Positions 27,945 through 38,206 of a stretch of 64,000 nucleotides of DNA are shown here, in pieces. The notes below the pieces were generated by a model, which was given only the letters and a program-made list of their open reading frames with translations, was not told where the DNA came from and ran no database searches. Positions within the stretch are counted from its first letter, which is position 1, and the number at the start of each line of letters is the position of its first letter. This stretch comes from an uncultured delta proteobacterium (lineage in GTDB: Bacteria > Desulfobacterota > RBG-13-43-22), in the NCBI GenBank assembly GCA_963790475.1, contig CAWBOS010000010.1:1568001-1632000 (forward strand). Direction: 5' to 3'. Position numbers and translations under genes: made by a program.

Positions 27945-30791
27945 TCAATCATTCTCCTGCAATGACCAGAAGGCACGAACCATAGTTCCTTGACCCGTAA
28001 CGGATTCAACTTCCAAGAGTCCCCCGGAAAGTTCCGTTCGCGCCTTCAGGTTCAAAAGCCCCAACCCCCCCCAGGGACTTCTCTTAACCATGACCTCCTC
28101 CGGGTCAAAACCGAGGCCGTTATCTTCAACGGTAAATTCCATCCGGTGGTCATTTTTCTGGAGGCGAAGCGTGACCCGGCGCGCCTGGCTGTGTTTGGCC
28201 ACATTGCTCAGCGTTTCCTGCAAGATTCTATAGATGACCAGTTTGGCCGATGAGGGGATTTCGTGTTCGGCCAGGCTTTCCTGTCTCTTAATGGTCAGGC
28301 CCGGATGGCTCTTTTCAAATTCCCGACAGTACCAATCTACCGTGGCCAGGATGCCGATATCATCGAGGACATAAGGCCATAGATCTCCCTGCATGGAACG
28401 GATTTTTCCCACTGCCTCGAGGAGGTCAGCCATGATTTTTTTCGATCTTTTCTGCAAAGCGGCCCGGTCCATTCCTTCCCGGTCGGAGAAGAGGTCTTCC
28501 ATCTCAAGACGAATGGCCACCAGCGCTTGCCAGGCATTGTCATGGAGATCATAAGAGACCCGCCTTCGTTCATCCTCCTGGGCGGAAACAAGCCGGGAAG
28601 AAAGATCGGCCAGCTCCGCGGTCCTTTCCTTGACGCGCTCTTCCAGCGTCTCCGTGAGATGCTCAAGTTCCAAGGTCCGTTGTTCCAATACCCCTTCAGC
28701 CCGCTTGCGCTCGGTGATGTCCAGAACGAAGGCTACCCCGTTGAACCGAACCTCATCCAGCATGGCACCGGCGATTAGGATTGGAAGGCGTGACCCATCC
28801 TTGCGTATATACTCCTTCTCGAAGGGCGTCTTGTTCATGCCTGTGGTTTTCAGTTCTGCAACCGAGTTCTCATCCAGAGGCCGATACTCTGGCGGGGTCA
28901 GGCCGCTCCATTCGATTCGACCCACAGTCAGGTCCTCCCGATCGAAGCCCACCATCTCCAGGAACTTATCATTGGCCTCAGTGATCTCGCCGTTCATGTT
29001 CCAGTAGAATACCCCGAGCAGGCCGGATTCATAAAATCGCCGCAGGCGGTTCTCGCTCTCGCGCAGCGCTTCTTGAGCCCGCCGCTTCTCGGTGACGTCA
29101 TGAAAGACCAGGACCATACCGGTGATGTTACCCGCATCGTCCTTGATCGGCGCTGCGCTGTCCTCGATGGGGATCAATTTCCCCTCTCGGGTGATAAGGG
29201 CCGTATGGTTTGAAAGGGTGACGACGGATCCGTCCCGCAGCACACGCCTAACGATGTCCTCGGCCGGCTCGCGATTCCGTTCGTTGATGATCCTGAAGAT
29301 GTTCTCAACCGGTTGTCCTGTGGTTTCCTCCGGTCGCCAGCCGGTCAGGGCCTGGGCAACCGGGTTAAGAAAAGTGATCCTGCCCGAAGCGTCCGTAGTC
29401 ATGACGGCATCGCCTATGCTCGTCAAAGTGACCCGGAGCCACTCACGCTGCCGGCGCAGTTCCTCCTCGGCCATGGTCCTCTGGATCCCGATACCTAAAG
29501 CCGAAGCCACCTGTTCCGAAACCTTCACCGTATTCAGGGGGACCCTGTTTTCATTGCGGTCCGCCAGATGAATAAGCCCCAGGATGTTCGGCCCGAGCCG
29601 TATCGGGATCAGGGCGACTGATTCGTAGCCCGTTTGATTACAGACATTCCGGGTCTGCCCCTTGTCCTCTTCAGAGACCGTGGCCAGGAACCGGGTAGTC
29701 CCGTTCATGTAGAAAGAGCCGCCCTCGGTGTAGAAGGACAATCCGGGGTCGGTGGTCCCCTTGATAACGTTGATGCACAGGCAATGGTCCGTTTTTAGAG
29801 AAAGGGGGCTTTCGGTTTCATAGAACTTTCGGCCGAACCCCAGATAGGCCATATAAGGGATGTTACCATTTTCCTCCCGTAAGCGGATACCGACGGCCTC
29901 GCACCCGGTGAATTCTTTCATTTCTCCGACGAAATCCTTGAGCAAGGGGTTTAGGTCAGTGTGCCGGTTGGCGATCTCCAGGAATTTTCTTGAGGCTCGA
30001 AGCTCCGTTTCCGCTTTGTGGCGCTCGACCATCTCCCTTTCAAGATCCGCTTTAGAGGCCGTCACTTCTTTCAAATTGAGGGTCATCCGGTTGAAGGCCT
30101 GGGTTAAATCTCCGATTTCATCATTGCGTCCTACAGTGATAGCATAGTCAAGGTTACCGGATCTGATGACTTCGATCCCATTGCGGAGTTTGGTCAGATC
30201 CGAGACGATGCTTCTCCTCATTCTGATCAGGATAAAGCCAAGAGGAAATGTGGTCAATACCAAAACCACGAAGATGAAGGTGAGAATTCCTGTTTGGGTC
30301 TTCCTTATGTCCTTATCAACCAAGCTTTTCAGGGCCGAGGCAATCGAATCCGCATTATGAGACCTTATCAGGAGTTGCCCCACCAACCGTTCGTCAACTT
30401 CTTTGATCAATTTATTGCTTTCGGCCGCACCGGAGAAGCCGGTGTTGGAGACCAGCTTAAAGAAGGCGTCTTTCATGGATTGACTATTAATACCGATCTC
30501 ATTCAGAAGCTTCTGCTGGTCGGGATTCCGGAAACGTGCGCCGGCGATAAGCCTCGTCATTTTCTCCTGCTCCGCCTGGAACTGTTCTTTCGGCCGTTCC
30601 TCCCGGTAAGTAATATAAGAAATGACCAGGTGGTTAAGCTCAGTAATACTGTCCCTGATCTGCCGCACTTTATCCCCATTGTCAAAGGCAGCTTCCATGG
30701 TGGCGTAGGAGAAGATTAAGGTGGCCCCGACCACCAGGACCAACAGAACGGGAACAAATACGGCCAGGAATAATTTCGTACCAATTTTCAT
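27945..30791 (-). CDS. sensor histidine kinase (TM-HAMP-GAF-PAS-PAS-HisKA_3-HATPase)
   Basis: DEIGDL..AFNRM, IGDAV, QEDERRRVSYDLHD, QETLSNVAKHS, DNGLGF, GLGL. Confidence 0.93.
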   Translation of the reverse strand: MKIGTKLFLAVFVPVLLVLVVGATLIFSYATMEAAFDNGDKVRQIRDSITELNHLVISYITYREERPKEQFQAEQEKMTRLIAGARFRNPDQQKLLNEIGINSQSMKDAFFKLVSNTGFSGAAESNKLIKEVDERLVGQLLIRSHNADSIASALKSLVDKDIRKTQTGILTFIFVVLVLTTFPLGFILIRMRRSIVSDLTKLRNGIEVIRSGNLDYAITVGRNDEIGDLTQAFNRMTLNLKEVTASKADLEREMVERHKAETELRASRKFLEIANRHTDLNPLLKDFVGEMKEFTGCEAVGIRLREENGNIPYMAYLGFGRKFYETESPLSLKTDHCLCINVIKGTTDPGLSFYTEGGSFYMNGTTRFLATVSEEDKGQTRNVCNQTGYESVALIPIRLGPNILGLIHLADRNENRVPLNTVKVSEQVASALGIGIQRTMAEEELRRQREWLRVTLTSIGDAVMTTDASGRITFLNPVAQALTGWRPEETTGQPVENIFRIINERNREPAEDIVRRVLRDGSVVTLSNHTALITREGKLIPIEDSAAPIKDDAGNITGMVLVFHDVTEKRRAQEALRESENRLRRFYESGLLGVFYWNMNGEITEANDKFLEMVGFDREDLTVGRIEWSGLTPPEYRPLDENSVAELKTTGMNKTPFEKEYIRKDGSRLPILIAGAMLDEVRFNGVAFVLDITERKRAEGVLEQRTLELEHLTETLEERVKERTAELADLSSRLVSAQEDERRRVSYDLHDNAWQALVAIRLEMEDLFSDREGMDRAALQKRSKKIMADLLEAVGKIRSMQGDLWPYVLDDIGILATVDWYCREFEKSHPGLTIKRQESLAEHEIPSSAKLVIYRILQETLSNVAKHSQARRVTLRLQKNDHRMEFTVEDNGLGFDPEEVMVKRSPWGGLGLLNLKARTELSGGLLEVESVTGQGTMVRAFWSLQEND

Positions 30792-30800
30792 ATTCTTTTC

Positions 30801-31802
30801 CTATCTTCCGGCTATCTTGACCGCCTCGGGCTTGACCGACTTCAGGACGTCGGGATAAATGAAGTCAAGGTAATTCGGCACTTTTTCCGCATTCATAATT
30901 CTGTTTCTTACGGCCCACCGGGCCTGGTCCTCCAGGGAAATCAGGATGGACTGATCCAGAAATAGCTTGAAAAGGAGGTCGTCCCAGATCGGCTTTATGC
31001 CCTCTTTATTTATTTTCAACTTTTGCCCGACAATCTTCATGGCCTCATTGCTGTTCTTCTGAATAAACGCCTCGGCTTTTTCAATGGCCCGGAGAAACCC
31101 CTTCAAGGCCTCGGTATGATCCTTTAGATAATCCTTGCGGGCAATAAAGTAAACGTCATCTCGAAAGATACCTTCGCTGGGCAAAAGAAGGGCCTTATCC
31201 CCCAGGGCCTTCCTGGCCGGGTAGATATGCGGCTCCCAGGTGGTTATGGCGTCTACCTGTCCTTGTATCAGGGCCGTGGATAAGCGGGCCGGTTCCAAAT
31301 CGACAATCTTGACGTCGGACATTTGCATTTGGTGATAGGTCAGAAATAAGCTCAGAAAAAAGTGGCTGGTGGTCCGGGTAGTCATTCCTACGATCTTGCC
31401 TTTCAGGTTTTCGGGGGCCTTTATTCCCTTGTCCTGCCTGGCCAGGATCTTGATATCCCTATCCGAGTAAACCATACCGCCGATAATGGAATAATCATTC
31501 CTATGGAAGCTGTTAATAATAACCGGCGTCTGGGATGCGGTGGCCAGGTCGATACCTTTGTCGTTCAACATGGCCTGCAGGGCCGCCTGTCCCGATGCAA
31601 ATTCCCTTATCTCCACCTTAAGGCCTTCTTCCTGGAAATAGCCCTTGTTTTCGGCTATCCAGACCGGTGCGATATGAGCTATCATCTGCGTCCCAAGGAC
31701 GATTTTCTCAGGCTGCTGCGGCGCCTTCTGGCCGCAACCGGCAATGACCAGAAATAGCATTGTCCCTAAAGCAGCGGGGATAAGTCCTTGGCCGATTTTC
31801 AT
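30801..31802 (-). CDS. SsuA/NMT1-like periplasmic binding lipoprotein
   Basis: Lipobox IAGC, IAENKGYF.EEGL, LKGK.VG, DAI.TWEP, LEDQARW. Confidence 0.9.
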   Translation of the reverse strand: MKIGQGLIPAALGTMLFLVIAGCGQKAPQQPEKIVLGTQMIAHIAPVWIAENKGYFQEEGLKVEIREFASGQAALQAMLNDKGIDLATASQTPVIINSFHRNDYSIIGGMVYSDRDIKILARQDKGIKAPENLKGKIVGMTTRTTSHFFLSLFLTYHQMQMSDVKIVDLEPARLSTALIQGQVDAITTWEPHIYPARKALGDKALLLPSEGIFRDDVYFIARKDYLKDHTEALKGFLRAIEKAEAFIQKNSNEAMKIVGQKLKINKEGIKPIWDDLLFKLFLDQSILISLEDQARWAVRNRIMNAEKVPNYLDFIYPDVLKSVKPEAVKIAGR

Positions 31803-31846
31803 AATGTTTTCCTCTTCGCAATAAATTGTTCTGAAGGGTTTTCATA

Positions 31847-31949
31847 GTTCTCACGCTGGAGCATGGGAACGATCAGATAAAAATAGGTCAGCCGTCTCGG
31901 CTGACATTTATTGGATTCAACCTATTGTCAGGCAAGATGCCTGCCCTAT
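31847..31949. repeat. short REP-like palindromes
   Basis: GTTCTCACGCT..AGCATGGGAAC and TAGGTCAGCCGTCTCGGCTGACA...TGTCAGGCAAGATGCCTGCCCTA. Confidence 0.55.
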
Positions 31950-31979
31950 TCGCTAAATTTATGATTTGTATTGATGAAG

Positions 31980-32104
31980 GACTCGTAAAAAGTCGTCAAG
32001 GCCCGCTCTCGTCATTCCGGGCTTGACCCGGAATCCAGGAATTTCAACCTGTTCTGGACCCCGGCTTTCGCCGGCGTGACGGCGGAGGAGATTTTTTACG
32101 AAAG
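31980..32104. repeat. GTCATTCCGG-type palindromic repeat, copy 1
   Basis: CGTAAAAAGTC...GTCATTCCGG..CCGGAATCCAG...CTGGACCCCGG..CCGGCGTGAC...TTTTTACG. Confidence 0.85.
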
Positions 32105-32120
32105 CATCATCAATAATAAA

Positions 32121-34859
32121 TCAAATCCTCCACGTCGCCCGAATGACCGTCCCTTTCCCTTGGACGGATTCGATGGAAAACCTTCCCCCGGAAAATTCAA
32201 CCCGTTCTTTCATGCTGGAGAGCCCCAGGCCCTTTTTCAAACTATCCCTGGAGGACAGACTTTCCAGATCAAATCCTTCTCCATTATCTCTGATATCCAG
32301 TTCTATGGTGTTGTCGACTTTTTGCAGCCCGAGATACACCGAGTTGGCCTTGGCATGCTTGCCGATATTATTCATGGCCTCCTGGGTGATTCTAAAAAGG
32401 ACGATCTTTAGATGATCCGGCACCCCCTCTTCCCGGATGGTGACCGCATTTTCAATCTTGATCCCGGAATAAATTGTTTCAAATCTCCGGCAAAACCAGG
32501 AAAGGGTAGGAACGATACCCAGATCGTCCAGAAGGGACGGTCGCAAATCGGCTTGAATTCGGCGGGCCTCATCGATCGTTTCCTGGACAAGGGGAATGAG
32601 GGCCTCCAGAGATCTACTAAAATTATTGGAGGACCCGTCTTGGGGGAGTTGTAGTAAGGCCTCTTCCGCCTTGAATTTGATGGCACTCAGAGATGATCCC
32701 AGGACGTCATGAACTTCCAGGGCGATCCGTTTTCTTTCATTCTCCTGGGCGGAGAGGAGCTGGGAGGCCAGGATCCGCAGTTGATCTTTTGATTCCAGCA
32801 AGGCTCGCTCCATCTTCACCCGTTCCGCGATTTCGATGGTCAGTTCCTTATTGCTTTGAGCCAGTTCCGCGGTTCGCTCAAGGACCCGGGCTTCCAACTC
32901 ATCATGGGATTTGCGAAGCTCTTCTTCCATCCTCTTGCGCTCGGTGATGTCGTGGGCTACGACGAAGGCCCCGACTATCTTCCCATCGGTGTATTTGAAC
33001 TTGGTGCGTAATACACCCCATAAGGTACTTCCATCCTTCCTCTTCGCCCTGTACTCGATTTGGTCCAGCGGAATCTCTCCGGCCTGGGCTTGCCTGATCC
33101 TGTCTAATAATATCACCCCGCTTTCTTGGTCGAGGAGATCCATAGGGTTCATTTCTAAGAGTTCAGCTTCCGTGTATCCGACCATCCTGCACATACCTTC
33201 ATTTACGGTCATGAACCGTTTCTCATTGAAGTCGATCTCGTAAATCGCTGTGGGTGAATACTCCACGATGTGCCTGTATTTTTCCTCGCTCTTCTTAGTC
33301 GCCTCCTCGGCCTCTTTTTGTTCGGTAATGACGTCAAAGATGGCCACGAAGTGCTCTTTTCGTGGACTGTAGACGGAGATCGAAAACCACATGCCCAGGG
33401 CTTCCACATAGGTCTCAAACCGCTCAGGGACGCCGGTGGTGGCTATCCGACCGTAAGTTTCGAACAACTCCGGATCGGATTCCCGTATGCCGGGAATGAC
33501 CTCGGACACCTTTTTACCGGTTACATTCTTCAACCCGGTCAGGGTTTCGAAGGAACTGTTAACATTGAGGAAGATAAAGTCTTTCGGTTTCCCTTCTTCA
33601 AAGAGCATTCTGCAGTAAGCATAGCCGTTCAGCATGTTATCGAACAAAGAGCGATAGTGCTCTTCGCTCTCCCTTAAAGTTTCCTCTGCGTATCGCTTCT
33701 CAGTGACATCATGAAAAACCAGGACCACTCCGATGATGTTGCCAACGCCGTCCTTGATTGGGGCCGCACTGTCCTCGATAGGAATCTCCCGCCCGTCTCG
33801 GGAGATCAGGGCTGTATGGTTAGCCAGGTTGATAATGAATCCTTCCCGCAGCACGCGTTCAGCGATGTCCTCGGCCGGCTGGCCCGACTGCTCGTCAACG
33901 ATCCTGAAGACACTCTGGATCGGCTGACCAAGGGCTTCTTCTATCGGCCAGCCCGTCAGGGTCGCTGCCACGGGGTTGAGAAAAGTGATACGGCCGGAGG
34001 CATCGGAGGCGATCACGGCATCACCGATACTCCGAAGCGTGACCTTTAACCATTCCCGATTCCGGCGCAGTTCCTCTTCGGCCCGCTCGCGCTCGGCTAT
34101 CTCCCTCTCGAGGTCCGACTTGGATGCGGTCACCTCTTTCAAGTCAGCGGTCATCCGGTTGAAGGCATGGGATAGCTCGCCGATTTCATCATGTCTTTTT
34201 TCTTCGAGGACAAAATCAAGATTGCCGGAACCGATAACAGCAGTACCAGCCCGGAGTGCCAATATCGATTTCAGGATGCGTCGGTAGGTCAGCATATAGC
34301 TTACTATCAGAAATAGACCAAACAAGGCCACCATCACATACACGAGCATAGTTCTTGTTTTTGTCCGCTCGTCTATCTGTTGAAGCAATAACTGTGACAA
34401 GCGTGAAGCATCTGCTGCCAACCCCTGGGACTGGACCGCCATCCGGCTCCACGAGACCTGAAAAAACGCCGGGTCAAAGACGGCACTCCGATTCCGGGAA
34501 GGACTTTCCAGAGCAGAGGCGGCGCTGTCGAATACCTCTTTGAACCGTTCTCTATTAGCCTTAATGTCAGCGACGAGCGCCCTCTGCTCGGGCCGGTCTA
34601 CACGCAGAGCGGCCACCTCTGAGGAAAAGGAGGCAAATCTGGAGTTCCAGCGCTTCAGTTGCGGGCTTTCGCGGTAAATGAGGTAGTCATTGGCCAGATA
34701 GCTCAGCTCGCTTGCCCCCTGGGCGATATGGGAGGCTATCCTTACCTGTTGACCGGTCTTTTCCACCTGTCGATTCGTGATAATCGCCGAGGCCGCGATG
34801 ACGGCCAGGGTGATTCCGAACAGGAGCATGGTGATGATGAATCGAGTTCTTAGTCTCAT
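32121..34859 (-). CDS. sensor histidine kinase (TM-HAMP-3xPAS-HisKA_3-HATPase)
   Basis: DEIGEL..AFNRM, QENERKRIALEVHD, QEAMNNIGKHA, DNGEGF, GLGL..MKER. Confidence 0.93.
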   Translation of the reverse strand: MRLRTRFIITMLLFGITLAVIAASAIITNRQVEKTGQQVRIASHIAQGASELSYLANDYLIYRESPQLKRWNSRFASFSSEVAALRVDRPEQRALVADIKANRERFKEVFDSAASALESPSRNRSAVFDPAFFQVSWSRMAVQSQGLAADASRLSQLLLQQIDERTKTRTMLVYVMVALFGLFLIVSYMLTYRRILKSILALRAGTAVIGSGNLDFVLEEKRHDEIGELSHAFNRMTADLKEVTASKSDLEREIAERERAEEELRRNREWLKVTLRSIGDAVIASDASGRITFLNPVAATLTGWPIEEALGQPIQSVFRIVDEQSGQPAEDIAERVLREGFIINLANHTALISRDGREIPIEDSAAPIKDGVGNIIGVVLVFHDVTEKRYAEETLRESEEHYRSLFDNMLNGYAYCRMLFEEGKPKDFIFLNVNSSFETLTGLKNVTGKKVSEVIPGIRESDPELFETYGRIATTGVPERFETYVEALGMWFSISVYSPRKEHFVAIFDVITEQKEAEEATKKSEEKYRHIVEYSPTAIYEIDFNEKRFMTVNEGMCRMVGYTEAELLEMNPMDLLDQESGVILLDRIRQAQAGEIPLDQIEYRAKRKDGSTLWGVLRTKFKYTDGKIVGAFVVAHDITERKRMEEELRKSHDELEARVLERTAELAQSNKELTIEIAERVKMERALLESKDQLRILASQLLSAQENERKRIALEVHDVLGSSLSAIKFKAEEALLQLPQDGSSNNFSRSLEALIPLVQETIDEARRIQADLRPSLLDDLGIVPTLSWFCRRFETIYSGIKIENAVTIREEGVPDHLKIVLFRITQEAMNNIGKHAKANSVYLGLQKVDNTIELDIRDNGEGFDLESLSSRDSLKKGLGLSSMKERVEFSGGRFSIESVQGKGTVIRATWRI

Positions 34860-34890
34860 GAATTCTCCTAAGCGCTGATAAGCGGTAACC

Positions 34891-35886
34891 CTACCTTATT
34901 ATACTTACCGCCTCCGATTTTATGGCCTTCAGACCATCCACGTAGATATAGTCCAGGAAATTGGGTACATTTTTCTCCGTGGTCAGACCGCTCTTTATCA
35001 TCCATCGTGCCTCATCTTCCATGGCCACAATGAGCGACTGGTCAAGGGAAAGCGAAAACTGGTAACGTGGCCAGACCCTCTCCATAAAGGCATCATCAAA
35101 TTTCATCCTTTTCACTACGATGGCTTTGGCCTCATCTTGGTGACGGGCGAGATAGTCTTCCGCCTGAGTTATCGATTTCATAAGCCGTTTTACGATATGG
35201 GAACGGTTCTTGGCCCAATTGCCAGTGCTGACTAAATTCCAGTAAGCCTGCTGGCTGCTCTGTAAGGCCCTTATGATTACTTCCTTACCCAGGTGTTGAT
35301 CTATTCGGTTTACCCAGGGTTCCCAGGTAACGACAGCATCAACCTCCCCATTGGTAATAGCCCTTTCCGCATCCGCCGCCTTAACGTAAACGAGTGTTAC
35401 CTGCTCAAGCTTCAGGCCATTCAAGCTGAAGGTTCTTCCCAGGTAGAATTCTGAGATTGTTTTTAGAGTAACGCCAACCTTTTTCCCCTTGAGGTCCTGA
35501 AGTGTCTTGATTCCACTATCGGTATGCCAGATAATGAAAGTATTCTCGTACTTGGCTATGGTTCCAAAATTGACGAGATTTTTTCTATTAAGTATCTGCC
35601 TCACGGCCACGAACTCAGACGCTGTAGAAATGTCCGCTTCACCATTTAACATCCCGACGGTCGCTGTCGCTCCCGAATCATAGACTTCTTTGAGGGTAAC
35701 CTTAAGGCCATTACGGGCAAAGAAATCCTGAGCTTCCGCAATGTAGAGCGGCGCATTAATCTCAGTTGGCACGGTTGCAATCGTCAGGGTCTCCGCCTTC
35801 CCGGGATAGTCCCTCTTCGAACAGGACAATGGACCGATGCCCGCCGCCAGAAACAGCAACCCAAAGAAAATGACTTTACTGCGCAT
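34891..35886 (-). CDS. SsuA/NMT1-like periplasmic binding lipoprotein
   Basis: Lipobox PLSC, DLKGKKVG, DAVVTWEP, AMEDEARW. Confidence 0.9.
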   Translation of the reverse strand: MRSKVIFFGLLFLAAGIGPLSCSKRDYPGKAETLTIATVPTEINAPLYIAEAQDFFARNGLKVTLKEVYDSGATATVGMLNGEADISTASEFVAVRQILNRKNLVNFGTIAKYENTFIIWHTDSGIKTLQDLKGKKVGVTLKTISEFYLGRTFSLNGLKLEQVTLVYVKAADAERAITNGEVDAVVTWEPWVNRIDQHLGKEVIIRALQSSQQAYWNLVSTGNWAKNRSHIVKRLMKSITQAEDYLARHQDEAKAIVVKRMKFDDAFMERVWPRYQFSLSLDQSLIVAMEDEARWMIKSGLTTEKNVPNFLDYIYVDGLKAIKSEAVSIIR

Positions 35887-35948
35887 TTGACTTATTCCTC
35901 ACTCCTATAGATCCCTCCCGATTTCCATGGTTCTTTTCCCCATTCTGC

Positions 35949-36395
35949 TCAGCGGATGATGTTAACCGAGTTAGGATTGACCTCCTTGAGGCTCTTGGTA
36001 TGGATAAAATCAAGGGAATTAGGAATCGTTTTTCCCCCCGCGGTCAGATTATTATGGATCATCCACCGGGCCTCATCTTCCATGGCCGTAATGAGGGCTT
36101 GGTCGACTGAGAGGGAAAACAAGTTCCGTTGCCAGATCCGATCCACCTATCCGGCGTCCAAATTAAATCGTTTCTGCACGATCGCCTTGGCTTCCTTTGG
36201 GTGTTGGGCGATATAGAGGTTGGCCTGCGCGATCGCTTTCAAGAGCCTGACCAATGGGACCGGATTCCGGGCGATCCAATCATTCCGGGAGGTAAGGACC
36301 GCGTAAAGAAACTGGCCGCTTTGCGCAGACCACTCGACCGCACCGGACCCCAGGGAGCTCTTGATGGAATCGTAAAATGGCGGGAGGGTGACAGG
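35949..36395 (-). pseudogene. third binding-protein gene, 5'-truncated with internal TAG
   Basis: ...AQSGQ...HPKEAKAIVQKRFNLDAG*VDRIW...DQALITAMEDEARWMI...VNIIR. Confidence 0.8.
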
Positions 36396-36437
36396 GGTCT
36401 CGATAACCGCCCGGTGGGTTTAAAAAAAGGATTATCA

Positions 36438-37409
36438 TCAGCCCGAAGGGTCATCTTTTCTTATGGGTTGCAATAGGTAATCGAGTCTTTCCTGGACGAT
36501 GGAATAAGGGTCCCTCTCTCTTCTTTCGATTTGCCGAACGGCCTTTTCCAGTCCTCCATCCTTCTCCCATTGATCCCTGATCAGACCGGTCAGCTGTTTT
36601 TCCAGCAACCCGATGAGTTCTTCTCTGATCCGCACCTCCTGCCAAACTCGTCGATGCCTCGAAGATTTCAAGAAATCCAAAACGGATTCGACTAATTCCG
36701 GCAGGCCCTTATTCTGATTGGCCACGGTTCGAAGGACCGGGGGTCGGTGATTGTCCTGGGCCGGATCCAGATCCAGCATAGCTTCAATATCCAGTATGAC
36801 CGCATCCGCACCTTCCCGATCGGCTTTGTTGACGATAAAGATATCGGCGATCTCCATGATCCCGGCCTTAAGTGCCTGGACTGCGTCCCCCTGGCCGGGA
36901 ACGCAGACGACCAGCACTAAATCGGCGGCTCGGACCACCTCTACTTCATCCTGTCCCACCCCGACGGTTTCAATGAGCACGAAATCTTTGCCGGAGGCAT
37001 CCAAAATCTTGGCCACATCCCGGGCCGATTGATTCAGGCCCCCCAAGGCGCCTCGGGTAGCCATGGAACGGATGAAGACCTCATCCAGATTCCAGAGGTC
37101 TTTCATACGGACCCGATCCCCCAGAAGAGAACCGCCGGAGAATGGACTCGAAGGATCCACGGCGATGATACCCACCTTGAAACCCCTGGAAACCAGCTCG
37201 CAGGCCATTCCGTTGGTCAGGGTGCTCTTCCCCGCTCCCGGTGACCCGGTGATTCCGATAAGCCGCGCTTTCCCGGACAAAGGGTATATTTGCTGCATGG
37301 CCTCCATCCAGCCGGGGTCCCGATTTTCAACCCGGCTCACCAACCGTGACAGGGCTCGAACGGATCCCTGCCGCATTTTTTCAATAAGTTCCGACCAATC
37401 GTTATTCAT
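36438..37409 (-). CDS. meaB: mutase-associated GTPase MeaB/ArgK
   Basis: GITGSPGAGKST, AVDPSSPFSGGSLLGDRVRM, IETVGVGQ, KAGIMEIAD..VNKAD. Confidence 0.93.
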   Translation of the reverse strand: MNNDWSELIEKMRQGSVRALSRLVSRVENRDPGWMEAMQQIYPLSGKARLIGITGSPGAGKSTLTNGMACELVSRGFKVGIIAVDPSSPFSGGSLLGDRVRMKDLWNLDEVFIRSMATRGALGGLNQSARDVAKILDASGKDFVLIETVGVGQDEVEVVRAADLVLVVCVPGQGDAVQALKAGIMEIADIFIVNKADREGADAVILDIEAMLDLDPAQDNHRPPVLRTVANQNKGLPELVESVLDFLKSSRHRRVWQEVRIREELIGLLEKQLTGLIRDQWEKDGGLEKAVRQIERRERDPYSIVQERLDYLLQPIRKDDPSG

Positions 37410-37467
37410 ATCTTAAAGCCTGATCATCAACAGGATGCACTCTCACCAAAAACGAAACCAACGGGTC

Positions 37468-37989
37468 TCAGATACAGTTTTGAGATAATTTCACTTGAGC
37501 AGCAATGAGCTCCTTCAGCACATTCATCAACCCGCCCTTTTCTATGATATGTAACATTTCTGTCGTGTAGAGTTGTCCCTGGAGTTCCTTGGTTCGAGTA
37601 AGATTGCGAATCTTAGCCGTCCTGAGATCCAGTTCCAGATCATCTCCCTCTTCAAAGGCGTTATGAATCCCCTGGCAGGCAATATTCGGAAAGGCAATGG
37701 CAATGGAGTTCCGCAAGTATATGCGTCCGAATGACTCGGCGATGACAGCCGCCAGACCCAATTCTTTTAAGTTCTCCGGGGCATTTTCCCGGCTCGACCC
37801 GCATCCCCAGTTACGACCGGCGACGATGATGTCACCGGGTCTTACCTGATCTGAAAACCCCTCTCGATTATGAAGGATAACCTTTTTCCGTTGCTCCCAG
37901 GGCAGACCGATAGAGTTCCAGGGGGCCATGACATCCGTGTCCACATCATGATCGAATTTCCAGACCTTGCCCCTAATAATCCAATCCAT
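37468..37989 (-). CDS. LeuD/HacB/DmdB-like hydratase small subunit
   Basis: DVDTD, G.NWGCGSSRE.A, IAESFGRIY.RN. Confidence 0.9.
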   Translation of the reverse strand: MDWIIRGKVWKFDHDVDTDVMAPWNSIGLPWEQRKKVILHNREGFSDQVRPGDIIVAGRNWGCGSSRENAPENLKELGLAAVIAESFGRIYLRNSIAIAFPNIACQGIHNAFEEGDDLELDLRTAKIRNLTRTKELQGQLYTTEMLHIIEKGGLMNVLKELIAAQVKLSQNCI

Positions 37990-38056
37990 AAAAACCCTCT
38001 TGCTGTTGTATTATAAATAATAGAGGTAATAAAACGAGCCCCATTCATTAATGGGA

Positions 38057-38203
38057 AACTCGTAAAAACTTGCCGAAATCAACATTAAGTCATTCCGGTC
38101 CCGCATCAAGTGCGGGATAGACTCCAGCCGGAATCCAGTGTCTTGAATTAGTAAAAACTTCTGGACCCCGGCTTTCGCCGGGGTGACGATTTTTACGAAG
38201 TCC
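38057..38203. repeat. GTCATTCCGG-type palindromic repeat, copy 2, with nested hairpin
   Basis: Same architecture as copy 1, plus TCCCGCATCAAGTGCGGGA insert. Confidence 0.85.
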
Positions 38204-38206
38204 TCA

